Source: the human T2T-CHM13v2.0 reference genome, Homo sapiens. Taken from it: a stretch of 64,000 nucleotides of DNA. Every line of letters starts with the position of its first letter. Within the stretch, counting starts at the first letter, position 1. The stretch lies in assembly GCF_009914755.1 (NCBI RefSeq), contig NC_060928.1, one strand, 5' to 3'. The notes under the pieces were generated by a model. That model was not told the origin of the DNA. It ran no database searches and was given only the letters and a program-made list of their open reading frames with translations. Both the position numbers and the translations under genes were made by a program. Shown here piece by piece: positions 26,919-39,628 of this stretch.

Positions 26919-27433
26919 TTTTTTTCCATTTGTCCTGAAAATACTTGTTGGCAGTGCTTGTGGCAGCAGCATTTACCCTGAGATAACTTTGCTATGAAAG
27001 ATTTCACTTTTATTATTATTTTTGCATCACTTTAGTATATCAACCTCGGAAACCAAAGACATCATTTTGTTTATAGCATTCTGTTTTTTAGTGGTGGTAT
27101 TTCCATTGACTAAATAGAGTAATTCTCAATTGCTGAAAATGTCAAATCCTAGAAAATGTAACATTCCTACATGTGATGTTAACATTATTCTTGAATAGTT
27201 GTTGGCCACAGATTCATTTAATGAGTCTGATTTTTCTGAAATAGACAATCCTGATGATTATGATGTTCTAATGTTAGTTCTGTTCAGAAATAACTTCAGG
27301 AAGAACAGTTTTTATATATTATTTTCACAGGAAAATCAGTCACATTTGATTCAGGCTCAAAGAGTATGTTTATGTAAAATTAAATGAGCACTGGCAGTGA
27401 GCTGCACTTTTTTTTTCCTAAATGGGAAAAAGG
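26919..27433 (+). mobile_element. MER75 (piggyBac-derived non-autonomous DNA transposon)
   Basis: TTAA duplications at 26915-26918 and 27434-27437. Degenerate TIRs TTTTTTTCCATTT / AAATGGGAAAAAGG. Internal TTTACCCTGAGATAACTTTGC block. Confidence 0.85.
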
Positions 27434-27492
27434 TTAAGATCACTGGGCAAATAAAAAAATGTGAAGAACAAGGTAAAATTAGAAAATTACAA

Positions 27493-29881
27493 GAGGTGGG
27501 GTGGAGCAAGACAGGTGAATAGAAGCCTCCACTAGTCAATCCCTCCTGCAGGAACACCAAATTTAACAAATATCTACACAAAAAAATCACCTTCACAGGA
27601 ACCAAAAATCAGGCAAGCACTCACAGTACCTCGCTTTTACTTCATATCACGGAACAAGGCACTGAAGCGGGTAGGAGAGTCAGTCTTGAATTGCCGACAC
27701 CACACCTCTGCCATCCCCCTACAGTGGCCTTGTGGCATGGAAAGAGAATCTGTGCACTTGAGGGAGGAAAAGTGTAGTGACTACGGGACTTTGCATTGAA
27801 CTCAGTGCTTCTCTGTCACAGTGGAAAGCAAAACCCGGCTGAACTCAGCTGACACCAATGCAGAAAGCATTTAGGACAACCCTAGCCAGAAAGGAATCAC
27901 CCATTGCAAGGGTCAGAACTTGACTTTTGGCAAGTCTCGCCACCACAGGCGAAAGTCCTCTGAGATCCTAAATAAACTTGAATGGCAGTCTAGGCTACAA
28001 GGACTGAAACTACTAGGTAAGTCCTAGTGCTATGCTAGGCTCAGAATCAGCAGACTTAGGGGGAATGCAACCTAGTGAGATACTAGTCAGAGCAGCTAAG
28101 GGAGTGCTTATGCCACCCTTCTCCTAACCCCAGGTAGCACAGCTCATAGCAAGGAAAGTGACTCTGTCCTTCTGATTGAGGAGAGGCGAGTGAAGAGTAA
28201 AGAGGACTTTGTCTTGCAACTTGGATACCAGTTCAGCCACAGTAAGACAGAGCACTGGGCAGAGTTATGAGGTCCCCATTCCAGGTCCTAACTCCAGGAT
28301 GATATTTCTAGACACACCCTGGGCTCGAAGTGAACCTGCTGCCTTGAAGGGAGAGACCCAATCCTGGCAGAATTCATCACTTGCTGACTAAAGAGCCCCT
28401 GGACCCGGAATTATCAGCAGTGATACCCAGATAGTATTCCATGGGCCTTGAGTGAGACTCTGAGACATGCTGGCTTTAGGTGTGATCCAGCACATTCCCA
28501 GTGGTGGTGCTACAGTGGGAGACTCCTTCTGCTTGAGAAAAGCAGAGCGAAAAATAAAGGGGTCTTCATTTTGCAGCTTAGGTACTAGTTTGGCCACAGT
28601 GGGGTAGAGCACCAAATAGGCTCTTGGGGTACCCATTTCCAGGCATAGGTTCTTGGATTGCATTTTGGCCTGCCCTGGGTCAGAGGGGAGTTCACTCCCC
28701 TGAAGGGTGAGCCCTAGGCCTGGCAGCATTCACCACAAGCTAACAGAAGAAGCCTTGGGCTTTAAGTGCACATTGGCAGTAGCCTGGCAATACTCTCTGT
28801 GAGCCTGTTGTGGTGGTGGCCATGGTGAGAGGCTCCTCTGCCTGTGCAAAGAAAAGTGAATAGCGAAAAGGGCTTTGTCTCATGGTTTGAGTGCCAGCTC
28901 AGGTGCAGTAGAGAAGGAATTCAGAATCTTATCAGATACATTTAACAAAGAAATTGAAATAATTAAAAAGAATCAAGCACCAGGTAGATTTCTAAGGTTT
29001 TCGACTCCAGTCCCTGGCTCCCGGATGGCATCTCTGGACCTGCCCAGGGCCTGGGGGAACTCACTGCACAAGAGACGTGGCTGGATTTGCCACCTGCTGT
29101 TGTGGAGTCCCAGGGCCTTCAGTTAACATAGGCGGTAACCAGGCAGTGGCTATAGCAGGCCTTGGGTGAGACTCAGTGCTGTACTGACTTCAGGTCTGAT
29201 CCAGCACGGTCCCAGTGATGGTGGCCACAGTGGTGCTTGTGTCACCCTTCACCTCCAGGCAGCTCAGCACAGACAGGGAGACTCCATTTGTGTGACAGAA
29301 AGTAAGGGAAAAGAACAACAGTCCTTGCCTGGTAAATCAGTGAATTCTGGATCTTATCCAAGACGACCAAGGCAGTACATCTACGAGTCTGTAAGAATCA
29401 CAGCATAACTAGTCTTGAGGTGCTTCCTAATGCAATATGTCTTACATCACAACACCCAAGTCCTTTTGAATACCTGGAAAGCCTTCCCAAGAAGGACAGG
29501 TACAAACAAGCCCAGAGTGTGAAGACTACAATAAATACCTAATTCTTCAATGACTAGACACCAATCAACATCTACAAGCATCAGGACCATCCAGAAAAAC
29601 TTGACCTTACCAAATGAACTAAATAAGGCACAAGGGAGCAATCCCAGAGAGAAAGAGATATGTGATCTTTCAGAGAGAGAAATCAAAATAGTTGTTTTGA
29701 GAAAACTCAAATAAATTTAAGATAACATAGAGAAGGAATTCAGAATCTTATCAGATAAATTTAACAAAGAAATTGAAATAATTAAAAAGAATCAAGCAGA
29801 AATTCTGGAGTTGAAAATGTAACTGGCATATTGAAGAATGCATCAGAGTCTCTTAGTAGCAAAACTGATCAAGCAGAAGAA
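27493..29881 (+). mobile_element. L1 (L1PB/L1MA-era) intact 5'UTR plus ORF1 start, 3'-truncated
   Basis: GGAGCAAGACAGGTGAATAGAAGCCTCCA start. ~340-bp internal UTR repeat units. ORF1 remnant EKEFRILSDKFNKEIEIIKKNQAEILE. Flanks AGAAAATTACAA / AGAAAATTATAA. Confidence 0.85.
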
Positions 29882-32800
29882 AGAAAATTATAATTAATAT
29901 ACTCAAACAGTTGGGGAAAATATATAAATAAAACAACAAAGGATGCTCTAATAAAGGAAAATTGAGTAAACAAGCTAGAATTCTTGGAAATGAAAACTAT
30001 AGAATCAGAAATCAAAAAGTCAATAAAAATTTTAAAAGACAAATTTGAGAAAATTGTATGAGTAAAACAACCAAAGAGATGAACAATAGTACAGAAGTTA
30101 TAAGAAAGAAAGTTCAGGAGGTTTCCCATCTAGATAATATGGTACACACACAGAGAGAACAGAGAAAACAGAAAGGGAATAAGCAATTGGAGGGAAAAAT
30201 CATGAAAATAACTCAGCCCTGAAGGATATGAATTATCAGATTGACAGGGACCACAAAACAAAAAGGATAAGAAAAGCATGCATGTTATGACACATAATCA
30301 TGAACTCTTAGGATACCAACGACAAAGAGAAACTCCCCAAAGCTTCCAAGAAGAAAGAGAACTGACTAGGATTAAAAATTGCACACATTCACTCATGAAC
30401 AACGCTGGATGCTAGACGATAATAAAATGGCATGTTCAAAATTCTGATTGAAATGATTTTCAATCTGAAATTTTAAGCTCAGCTGAGCTGTCAATCAAGT
30501 GGGTAGAAAAAGACGCAATGCTTTTAGCTAGTTGAAATGCGATAAAATGTATTCAGGATCCCCCCTCCCCCCGCAAATTGTGAATGATCATTTCTCTTTA
30601 TTATGCATTCTATTTTCATTAGACTGTATGGTGTTCAAGGGATGCAACTTTAATTTTTAATTGTCCTACATACCATCTGCAAAAAGTAGGCATTAATGAA
30701 TAGTGTTTATGAATAAATGAACTTTGCTCTACTTTAAATCATGATTATTTGAAGTACTGCATATAATAGTGTTGCTTTGACATATGAAAGCAACTTATTT
30801 CTTTATTTGCCATTTATTGATACTATATTTATTATTTACTCACAGATTTTTTTTTTTCTCCATGATCTGGGTCCATTTAGAGGTAAAGATCTTTCATCTT
30901 GTTATTCTGTTATTTGATCCAACAGTCTAAAGGATTTTGTTGCTTGAATATTTAGGAAGAAGAGTAGAATATGTTGCTCACATTTATTATAACAAAATAT
31001 TTCCAGAGCCATTTATGATTATGTTGACCTGATAACACCAACTGCCAATAAATTAAAGACACAATTTGAATTTTCCCCTGTTGTAATTACTCTCCAGACC
31101 ACTAATCAGATGCTTAATTACTTCCAGCATTACTGTTGGTAATAAAATCTTTACTGCCACCAGTGAATAGGAGCAGTAATGAATAAGGGAACAAGCTGAT
31201 TGATTGACACTGTGGAGGGTGGCTCTGGATCTTATGAAGAATGGCTCAAGGAGAACTCAGGGATTGTTGTGACAATCTGGAAATCAGAAAATACTTTGAT
31301 TTGAAATTGTCAAGAACAGTAGAGATCAAGTGAAAGTCAGCTTGGATGAGGTGTAGAAATATTTCGTACTTGAAAGAGAATGCAGACATCGGAATAATAG
31401 GAAGCAAAACTGACCTCAGGAACTAAGCAGAAATAGTCAGAATCAAAGGATATAGGAAGTCATTACCTTACCAATGCACACCTATTTGTTTTTATTCTAC
31501 ATATATGTAACAGTAACTGTGTAATTTCTTCTGCTCACAGCAAAACTTTATTTATTTTTGCTTTCAGGAAGACTGACTTGGGAAGTGTTGAGATATTTGA
31601 CTTTCTACTGAGATAACTTAGAGGATGTACAAAGAATATCATACCACCAGCAATAGTTCCAAAGGCAGTTACAAGGCTGATGGCTACAACTTTGTGTAGA
31701 ACTGTGTGTCTACCCATGGGCTAATTATCAAAAAATGTTGTGGTGTGCTGGGAGCTGTCCAAGTGCAAAGATGGGGACATACTGGGCCATGAAGAATGGA
31801 TGCCTTTGTGGTTAGAGATGCCAGTGATACCTTCCGTACGCATACTCTTAGGGATTCTGGCTCTTTCTAATCCCTGGGATGGATAGCTCTATGTATAACA
31901 TGCCTTCATCCTTCCTGCCATGACTGATTGATTGGACCATGGATAGATTTCTGACCCATGCTATGCCTGGAATTCGGAGTTGAGATACTGAGAGTTTGAT
32001 TCAGATAAACAGTGGTAGACACCAAACCCATGAGTTCATGCAAACTTAGAAATTGTTTTCTTTTTGGCCACACACAGTCATGGAGAGAAATGGAGCAGAG
32101 GAAGAAAGACTAAGCTAATGCTTATGTGACTGCTGTGTGATGGAGACTGTGATAGTGACTGGCTTTTCAATCCAATTCTTATTTACAGGAGGCCTGACTT
32201 TATTTAGATACTTTGAAAATATAAACTTAAAATACACTTCACTACCACAGCTTGAAGGGGATTCTGTTCTTAACAACAGTCAATCCACTTTCATTAATCT
32301 ATTCAGTTTTTCTAACCCAGCAATGAAGTTGACCAGTTAAGATAATATGTCATTATCGAATGCCTTCCATCTATTATAATCACAGTTTTATAGTTACTTG
32401 GATTTTATCCCTCTCCTTTCGAAGACTGTGAACTCTGATTTTTTTAAACAAGAACTTTATCCCAATTTGTTTCACATAGTGGGTGGCCAGTTGCTTGCTG
32501 AAATTGAGTATTGATTGAGCTGCAGTAAATTTGGCTGATGAGAGACATGTTTGGCTTAATGCCCCAAGAAAACAATATTTCTAGTACTATTCACATATAT
32601 TCTCAAAAATTTCCCTTTAAATTTCTTACATGAAAAATTAGGTATGGATGTTACAGTGTGTGCATCCTTTGACTCAACCTATTAGCTGTATTAAGGATGT
32701 TGGGTTCTTTGCAACACGTGGAAGAATTGGCTCAGGGTCAACAGCCTACCTCTCAACTCCATGAGTAAGGAGATGAGCCCGGCAGCCTCTGGCAGGAAGC

Positions 32801-34089
32801 CTTTGGTCATTCTGATTCTAAAATAATCATTCTGATTATAAATGATGTGTAGGGCGAATGGTGAGCTCCTCTAGCTTTAAGAACATTTGAGTGAGCATGT
32901 ATCACTATAAATTTAATTATTTGGCAATTGTTGAGTAAAATTATCTTTAGAAAATAAACTGTCTTTAGAGCTAATTTTCACATTTCCAAATTAAAAAAAA
33001 ATTGCCTAGATAGTAATACAAGCTTAATATTCAATTCATTAAGCTGCCTGTTTATTGACTTTCCCAAGAGACTTCTTGCTTGAGTTTCCTGTAATATGTT
33101 ATAACATTACCATAATAGGGCTTTATTACTTCTTATTTTCCACATGCATTGCTCTGATAATTGGAAAAGGTAAGGAAATTCAACTATTGAAATGAGTGAC
33201 CTTTACATTTGGAAAACTAATTTGTTCAGGTCTCATAAGAGGTCTTATTATGTCACTTAAAACACATGGAATTAAGAGTCAATTTAATTTTTTGTTATAG
33301 GAAATTATTTCCTTAATCAAAATATTCATATCATTTCTCTTGTTTCCCATTCTTCATGTCACCAATTTTTTTTGCCACCACCTCACAAATTTAGTAAGTT
33401 TTTAATATTTATTTTTGCATCTTGACAATTTAAAGATTTTTAGATATGAGCAGTAATCAATGTCCAGGAAATTAACAGCAAATAGGTCATAACAGATATA
33501 GGCTGGGGACAGTGTATGATTTAGTAATCTTCCAGCCTAGGTTCATCCCAGACTTAGCAATGGAGAAGAGCAGCTTTGTGCTTTATGAAGTCTTGTTCTT
33601 TCCTCCTTCTCCTCTTCCTTAAAATGCAAATTACATCCACTTGTGCATTTAGAAAGCAATAGTGCCCATGACAGTTTTTCCCAAATATTTTATTTCTTCT
33701 ATTTCAGCCTCCTAGGCCCGACCTTATTACCTTGTTGAGTTTTCAGCATAGCCCTTAGTCCTTTTGATGAGTAAAAAGCATTTATACACAAGAGGACAGC
33801 CAGTATAGTGGAAGACATTACTCAGCCTCTCCAGGTGTGGGCAGTTCTTGAACCACTGAGTGCTCTCTTCCCATGGACATAGATTGAGGGCTCCAAGAAT
33901 CCCAGGATAAATTCCAACAAGCTTTATATCTCTGTTTACCTTACATTTTACAATGAAAAGCACCAGCCCTTTCAAACTATTCATCATTTCAAAGACAGTT
34001 CTCTTATTCCTTAGGATATACCCTGATCTGATCTTATCTCCTGCCTCTCTCTGTCCCCCCAGGCTCTCCCACTCTGCCCTTGGGAACCC

Positions 34090-37000
34090 ATGGGTTGTCA
34101 TTAGCAAACTGCTCACATCTTCAACCTCTTGTCTGATTGTTCCCATCATATTCTGTTCAAGCAACACTAGCTTTTATTGACACCACTTTCTCTAGAAGCA
34201 GCTGTGTTTTCTCTCATACTCCATGTGAACCTCAAGGCCTGGAGGTGAATGGATGGCCTTGAATCCTTGTTTGCTGCCTTCAAGCCTTCCTCTCCTTCTT
34301 TTAAACTGCTAGTTCTTTTGTAGCTCATGACATTAGATTTTACTATTACTCTGCCTTGTGGTGTCATGTACTCCTTCTGGTTGCTTCTTCTCACTCCTAG
34401 ATGACAATGAAAATGCTTCCTTTCTTTCTTTCACTCATTCTGTTGCTATGCTAAATTCTTAGTTGCCTGACTTTCTTAGCCCCAAGAATCTCTTTCTTCT
34501 CTCCATCTTGCCATGGCTTCCTGACTCCCATATATGGTTATATCCAGACATGGTGTTACTCATAATAATGGCACCATTTCCAGCCATTGTCTTCTCTGAC
34601 TTCACCTCCTGGCTAGCTAACTCCTAACTCTAGTACTCTCACTTTAGTTATTCTTCTTCTTAAACACTTGTCTACTGACCCCACCACGTTTTTGCTATTC
34701 ACAACCCCTCACTCTCCTTTTCACCCAAGTTAGATTCGATGAATTGGCATGATAACCATCCCATTGCTAACATCCTTAATTCTCTTGACCTCCCATCCTA
34801 CTCTATTGTATGCAGCTGACCAAACTTTAGCTGTGCCTAATTAAGGCCAATGGTCTGTGTACTTTGGCTCTTGATATGGTTTGCCTGTGTCCCCACCCAA
34901 AGCTCATCTTTTAATTGTAACTACCATAATTTACACATGTCATGGGAGGAACCCAGTGGGAGGTAATTAAATTATGGGGGTGGGTCTTTCCCACTCTGTT
35001 CTCGTGATAGTAAGTTTCATGAGATCTGTTGGTTTTAAAAATGGCAAGCTCTCTCATTCTCTCCTTTGTCACCACCATGTAAGAAGTGCCTTTCGCCTTC
35101 CACCAGCATTGTGAAGCCTTTCTAGCTGTGTGGAACTGTGAGTCCATTAAACATCTTTCTTTTGTAAATTGCCCAGTCTCAGGTATGTCTTTATCAGCAG
35201 CATAAAAACAGAGTAATGCAGTAAACTGGTACCAGGAGAGTGGGATATTGCTGAAGAGGTATGCAAAAATGTGGAAGTGACTTTGGAAGTGGGTAACAGG
35301 CAGAGGTTGGAACAGTTTGGAGGACTCAGAAGAAGACAGGAAAATGTGGGACAACTAGTCCTAGAGACTAGTTGAATGGCTTTGACAAAAATGCTGATAG
35401 TTATATGAACAATAAGGTCCAGGCTGAGGTGGTTTCAGATGGAGATGAGGAACTTGTTGGGAACTGGAGCAAAGGTGACTCTTGTTATGTTTTAGCAAAG
35501 AGACTGGTGGCATTTTGCCCCTGCCCTAGAGATTTGTGGACTTTGAATGTGAGACAGATGATTTAGGGTATCTGGCAGAAGAAATTTCTAAGCAGCAAAG
35601 TATTCAAGAGGTGACTTTGGGCCCTATTAAAAGCATTCAGTTTTAAAAGGGAAACAGAGCATAAAAGTTTGGAAAATTTGCAGCCTGACAATGTGATAGA
35701 AAAGAAAATCTCATTTTCTGAGGAGAAATTCAAGCCAGGTGCAGAAATTTGCATAAGTAACAAGCTGAATGTTATTCCCCAAGACATTTGGGAAAATGTC
35801 TCCAGGGTATGTCAGAGGTTTTCAGGGCAGCCCCTCCCATCACAGGCCTGGAGCTTTAGAAGGAAAAAATTGTTTTGTGTGTTGGGCCCAGGGTCCCTAT
35901 GCTGTGTGCACCCTAAGGACTTGGTGCCCTTTGTCCCAGATGCTCCAACTGTGACTAAAAAAGGCCAAGGTACAGCTCAGGCTGTTGCTTCAGAGGGTGG
36001 AAGCCCCAAGTCTTGGCAGCTTCCATGTGGTGTTGAGCCTGTGCGTTCACAGAAGTCAAGAATTGAGGTTTGGGAATCTCTGCCTAGATTTCAGAGGCTC
36101 TATGGAAACTCCTGGATGTCCAGGCAGAAGTTTGCTGCAGAAGTGAGGCTCTCATGGAGAACCTCTGCTAGGGCAGCGCAGAAGGGAAATGTAGGATGGG
36201 AGCCCCCCCACACAGAGTTCCTACTGGGGTACCACCTAGAGGAGCTGTAAGAAGCGGGCCACTGTCCTCCAGACCCCAGAATGGTAGGTCCACATACAGC
36301 TTGCACTGTGCACCTGGGAAAACCACAGACACTCAAAACCAGCCTGTGAAAGCAGCTGGGAGGGAGGGGGAGGCTATCCCCTGCAAAGCCTCAGGGGTGG
36401 AACTGCTCAAGACCATGGGAACTCACCACTTGTATTAGCATGACGTGGATGTGAGACATGGATTCAAAGGAAATCATTTAGAGCTTTAAGATTTGACTGC
36501 CCTGCTGGACTTCAGACTTGCATGGGGCCTGTGGCCCCTTCATTTTGGCCAATTTCCCCCATTTGGAATGGCTGTATTTACCCAATGCCTGTATCCCCAT
36601 TGTATCTAGGAAGTAACTAACTTGCCTTTGATTTTACAGGCTCATAAGTGGAAGGGACTTGCCTTGTCTCAGGAGACTTTGGATTTTTGAGTTAATGCTG
36701 AAACGAGTTAAGACTTTGGGAGACTTTTGGGAAGGTATGATTGGTTTGGAAATATGAGGACATGAGATTTGGGAGGGGCTGGGGGTGGCATGATATGGTT
36801 TGCCTGTGTCCCCACCCAAATCTCATCTTGAATTGTAACTCCTATAATTTCCATATGTTGTGGGAGAAACCCAGTGGGAGGTAATTGAATTATGGGGGCG
36901 GGTCTTTCCTGTGCTGTTCTTGTGATAGTGAATAAGTCTCATGAGCTCTGATGGTATTAAAAACAAGAGTTTCTCTGCACAAGCTCTCTCATTCTCTCTC

Positions 37001-38208
37001 TTGCTGCCTCCATGTAAGAAGTACCTTTTGCCTTCCACCATGATTGTGAGGCCTTTCTAGCTGTGTGGAACTGTGGGTCCATTAAACGTCTTTCTTTTGT
37101 AAATTGCCCAGTCTTGGGTATGTCTTTATCAGCAGCAGGAAAATGGACTAATACAACCCTATACCAGAGTAGCTGGACATTGCTGGATGACAGTTAGACT
37201 ACCATGCTGACTGGCCTTGCTTCAGATTTATGACCCCTGATCTCAAAATCACTGAGCACTTTCAGAAACTCCTATTTCAGTTTTCTAGTAAATTCACTGT
37301 CATCCTCTCTAGATGACTATTTCACACCTTCTCTTCTCCAATCTCAAACACTGATTATTCTGTTTTACTCTCAGTTGATGACTTGGTTTTCTACTTCAGA
37401 GAGAAAATGGATATAATCAACAAAAACATGCTACTTTCCTACCACCCGCCTATATCTTCAGTCACATATGCTCTTTTCTCCTGTATTTCTCTTTTTCTCA
37501 AATTTCTCCATTTCTCAAACCGTTCTTATGTTTGCCAGCTCTCTATTTTTGTTAACACATCTCTAACTGCTGGAGTGCCCAGAGTTTATTTTTCAACCCT
37601 CTAATCATCTATAGTTACATTTTCTTAAGATACCCTGCTTAGTCCCAAGGCTTTAAATGCCATCTATATGCTGATGGCTCCCAAATTTTTATTTATAATT
37701 TTGAACTTTGTCCTGAAAATCAGAATTGTATGTCTGATATCTTACACAGTATTTTTACTTGAGTGTCTCTAACCAAACATGGCTTCTCTTAATTTTCTGA
37801 AAAAAATCATCTCTCAATCTTTCCATTTATCAATACATGGTATTATCATCCACTCAGTTGCTGTTCAGGCTGAAAACATGGGAGTTATTCTTGAATCCTC
37901 TTTCTTTCACTGCTCACATTGAATCTACCAGACAGTCCAGTTGCCTGTGTTTCTAAATTATATTTTATATCTGACTATATCTCATCATTTCCAGTGCTGT
38001 AAACTAGACCAAATTGTCACTATATTTTACTCAGAGCACTTAGAAGTTCCTAAAATTATTGTAATTATTTTGCTTATGTTACTGTCTGCTTCCATACATT
38101 AGAATGTCAACTCACTGAAGGTAGGGACATTATCTTGTTCCCTCTTGTGTACCTAGCACCAATACTAGCACATACTAAGGGATCAATAAATATTTTTGCC
38201 TGACTGAT
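34090..38208 (+). mobile_element. L2 element interrupted by THE1 provirus
   Basis: Pyrimidine-rich L2 body (CTCAGTTGATGACTTGGTTTTCTACTTCAGAGAGAAAAT; AAATGCCATCTATATGCTGATGGCTCCCAAATT) and 3' end ...CAATAAATATTTTTGCCTGACTGA. Confidence 0.75.
34872..37155 (+). mobile_element. Full-length THE1B-like MaLR provirus (LTR 34872-35220, internal 35221-36790, LTR 36791-37155)
   Basis: The two LTRs share variants (TTTGCCTGTGT, CCTTTCTAGCTGTGTGG). Internal region starts GTAAACTGGTACCAGGAGAGTGGG. 193-aa internal ORF remnant at 35669-36250. Confidence 0.95.
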
Positions 38209-38399
38209 ATTTTAGTGGAACCTGTCTTTCAGAATAAGCATTGAACTATAGAAAACATCTAAAAATGTATATTTTTGAAATTCCAGCAATTAAATTATCT
38301 CAGTGGTTCAATTTTAGAAAGTTAATCAATCATGCTGGTACCTAGCTCTCAGCTATAAACTATTCATATAACATGACTCTAATGAGTCATTTAAAATAT

Positions 38400-38480
38400 T
38401 TATATTTGTGTGCATATATATGTATACATTCATATATACACACATATATGTGTATGTGTGCATGTGTATATACATACACA
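38400..38480. repeat. Degenerate (TA/TG/CA)n microsatellite
   Basis: Alternating purine-pyrimidine low-complexity tract. Confidence 0.7.
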
Positions 38481-39401
38481 AGCATACTAGTTTACAAAAA
38501 TGTGGTCATATTATGCATGTGGTTTTGGGGATTTTTCTCCCTTCTTATTTCGTTTCCCTTCTATTTGTCCCTCACTCTTCACTACATAGTTCTCCTAATC
38601 CAAAGTAACAATTTGCTGTGTTTTCTTCTGCATGCTATTATAATTATAAAAACATATGCTACATATATTTATTCAAATATATAATTATATAGGGAGATTT
38701 TGTCATTGATTTCTTTACAAAAATTGTATTATTAAAAGGATACTTCTATTAATTTGTCTCTAAAAATTGCAGGCACCAATTCTTGCCATAGGGAAAAAAA
38801 AACCCAGTAAGAATGTATTAAAATATTGCTGTGACAGTTGTGTCACATGAATGAGAAGAGAGGGCTGAAGAATTATATCACTCTTTTTGAATAGGCTTTG
38901 GTAGGTAGTTTGACTAAGAACAACTCAAAGTTTAATAATGGGATTAGTATTGACATTCAGACTAATTTCAGGGAAATGGAGGTTTGTGAGATGCCATATA
39001 TCTTGGTATGAGGGCCTCTGCCCTGTTGTAAGAGCAGTGGCTTGGGAGTAAAGTAGCCCAGGTTTTAATGCATATCCTACAGCTAACTTGCCTGCTAGTC
39101 TTTTGAAATTCATTTAATCTCTCTAAGGCAGCCTAAACTGTGGCTAGAAGGCTTGGGTTCCAGTTTATTACTAGGAGTGTGGTCTCAACTTATGAAGAAT
39201 TTAAGTTATTAAGTTCAATAAACTGTCGGCTAGAGATAATACTTATCATACAAACCCCATAGGTTATTCTTTTGAAACCTACGTGACAAAATATAAAAAC
39301 ATAACTTAGATTGTAATGCGACTTACAAATGTTAGTTGTCTTTATTATTGTTTCCTCACATATCAGTTGAAGACTACAGTAGACATATTTGAGTAATTGT
39401 T

Positions 39402-39628
39402 CAGCTCTGCACTGTTTTACTCTGTGCTACCAGCTGTGTGATTTTTTGAGCACTAGAAATCTGATCTGTCCAAACTGATATCGTACCAGACTTTAAGTCT
39501 TAGTATGAAAAAATATAAACTATCTCATTCTTTTTTGATAATAGCATGTTTAAATAATAATTTTTTGATAAAGTTAAATTAAAATATTATTAAAATGAGT
39601 TTCACCTGTTTGATTAAAATTACATACC
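39402..39628. mobile_element. MER33/MER3-like (hAT-Charlie) fragment
   Basis: TTGAGCACTAGAAAT...TACCAGACTTTAAGTCTTAGTATGAAAAAA...ATTAAAATGAGTTTCACCTGTTT...AAAATTACATA. Confidence 0.65.

Noticed and set aside
31735-32285. Possible ancient ERVL/MaLR LTR
   Set aside because: Only vague motif similarity. Family and boundaries cannot be assigned without a profile search.
33727-34394. 146-aa and adjacent minus-strand ORFs
   Set aside because: They overlap decayed L2 and flanking sequence, with no recognisable domain or splice structure.
35669-36250. 193-aa ORF as a cellular gene
   Set aside because: Lies wholly in THE1 internal sequence, starts at TTG and has frameshifted neighbours.
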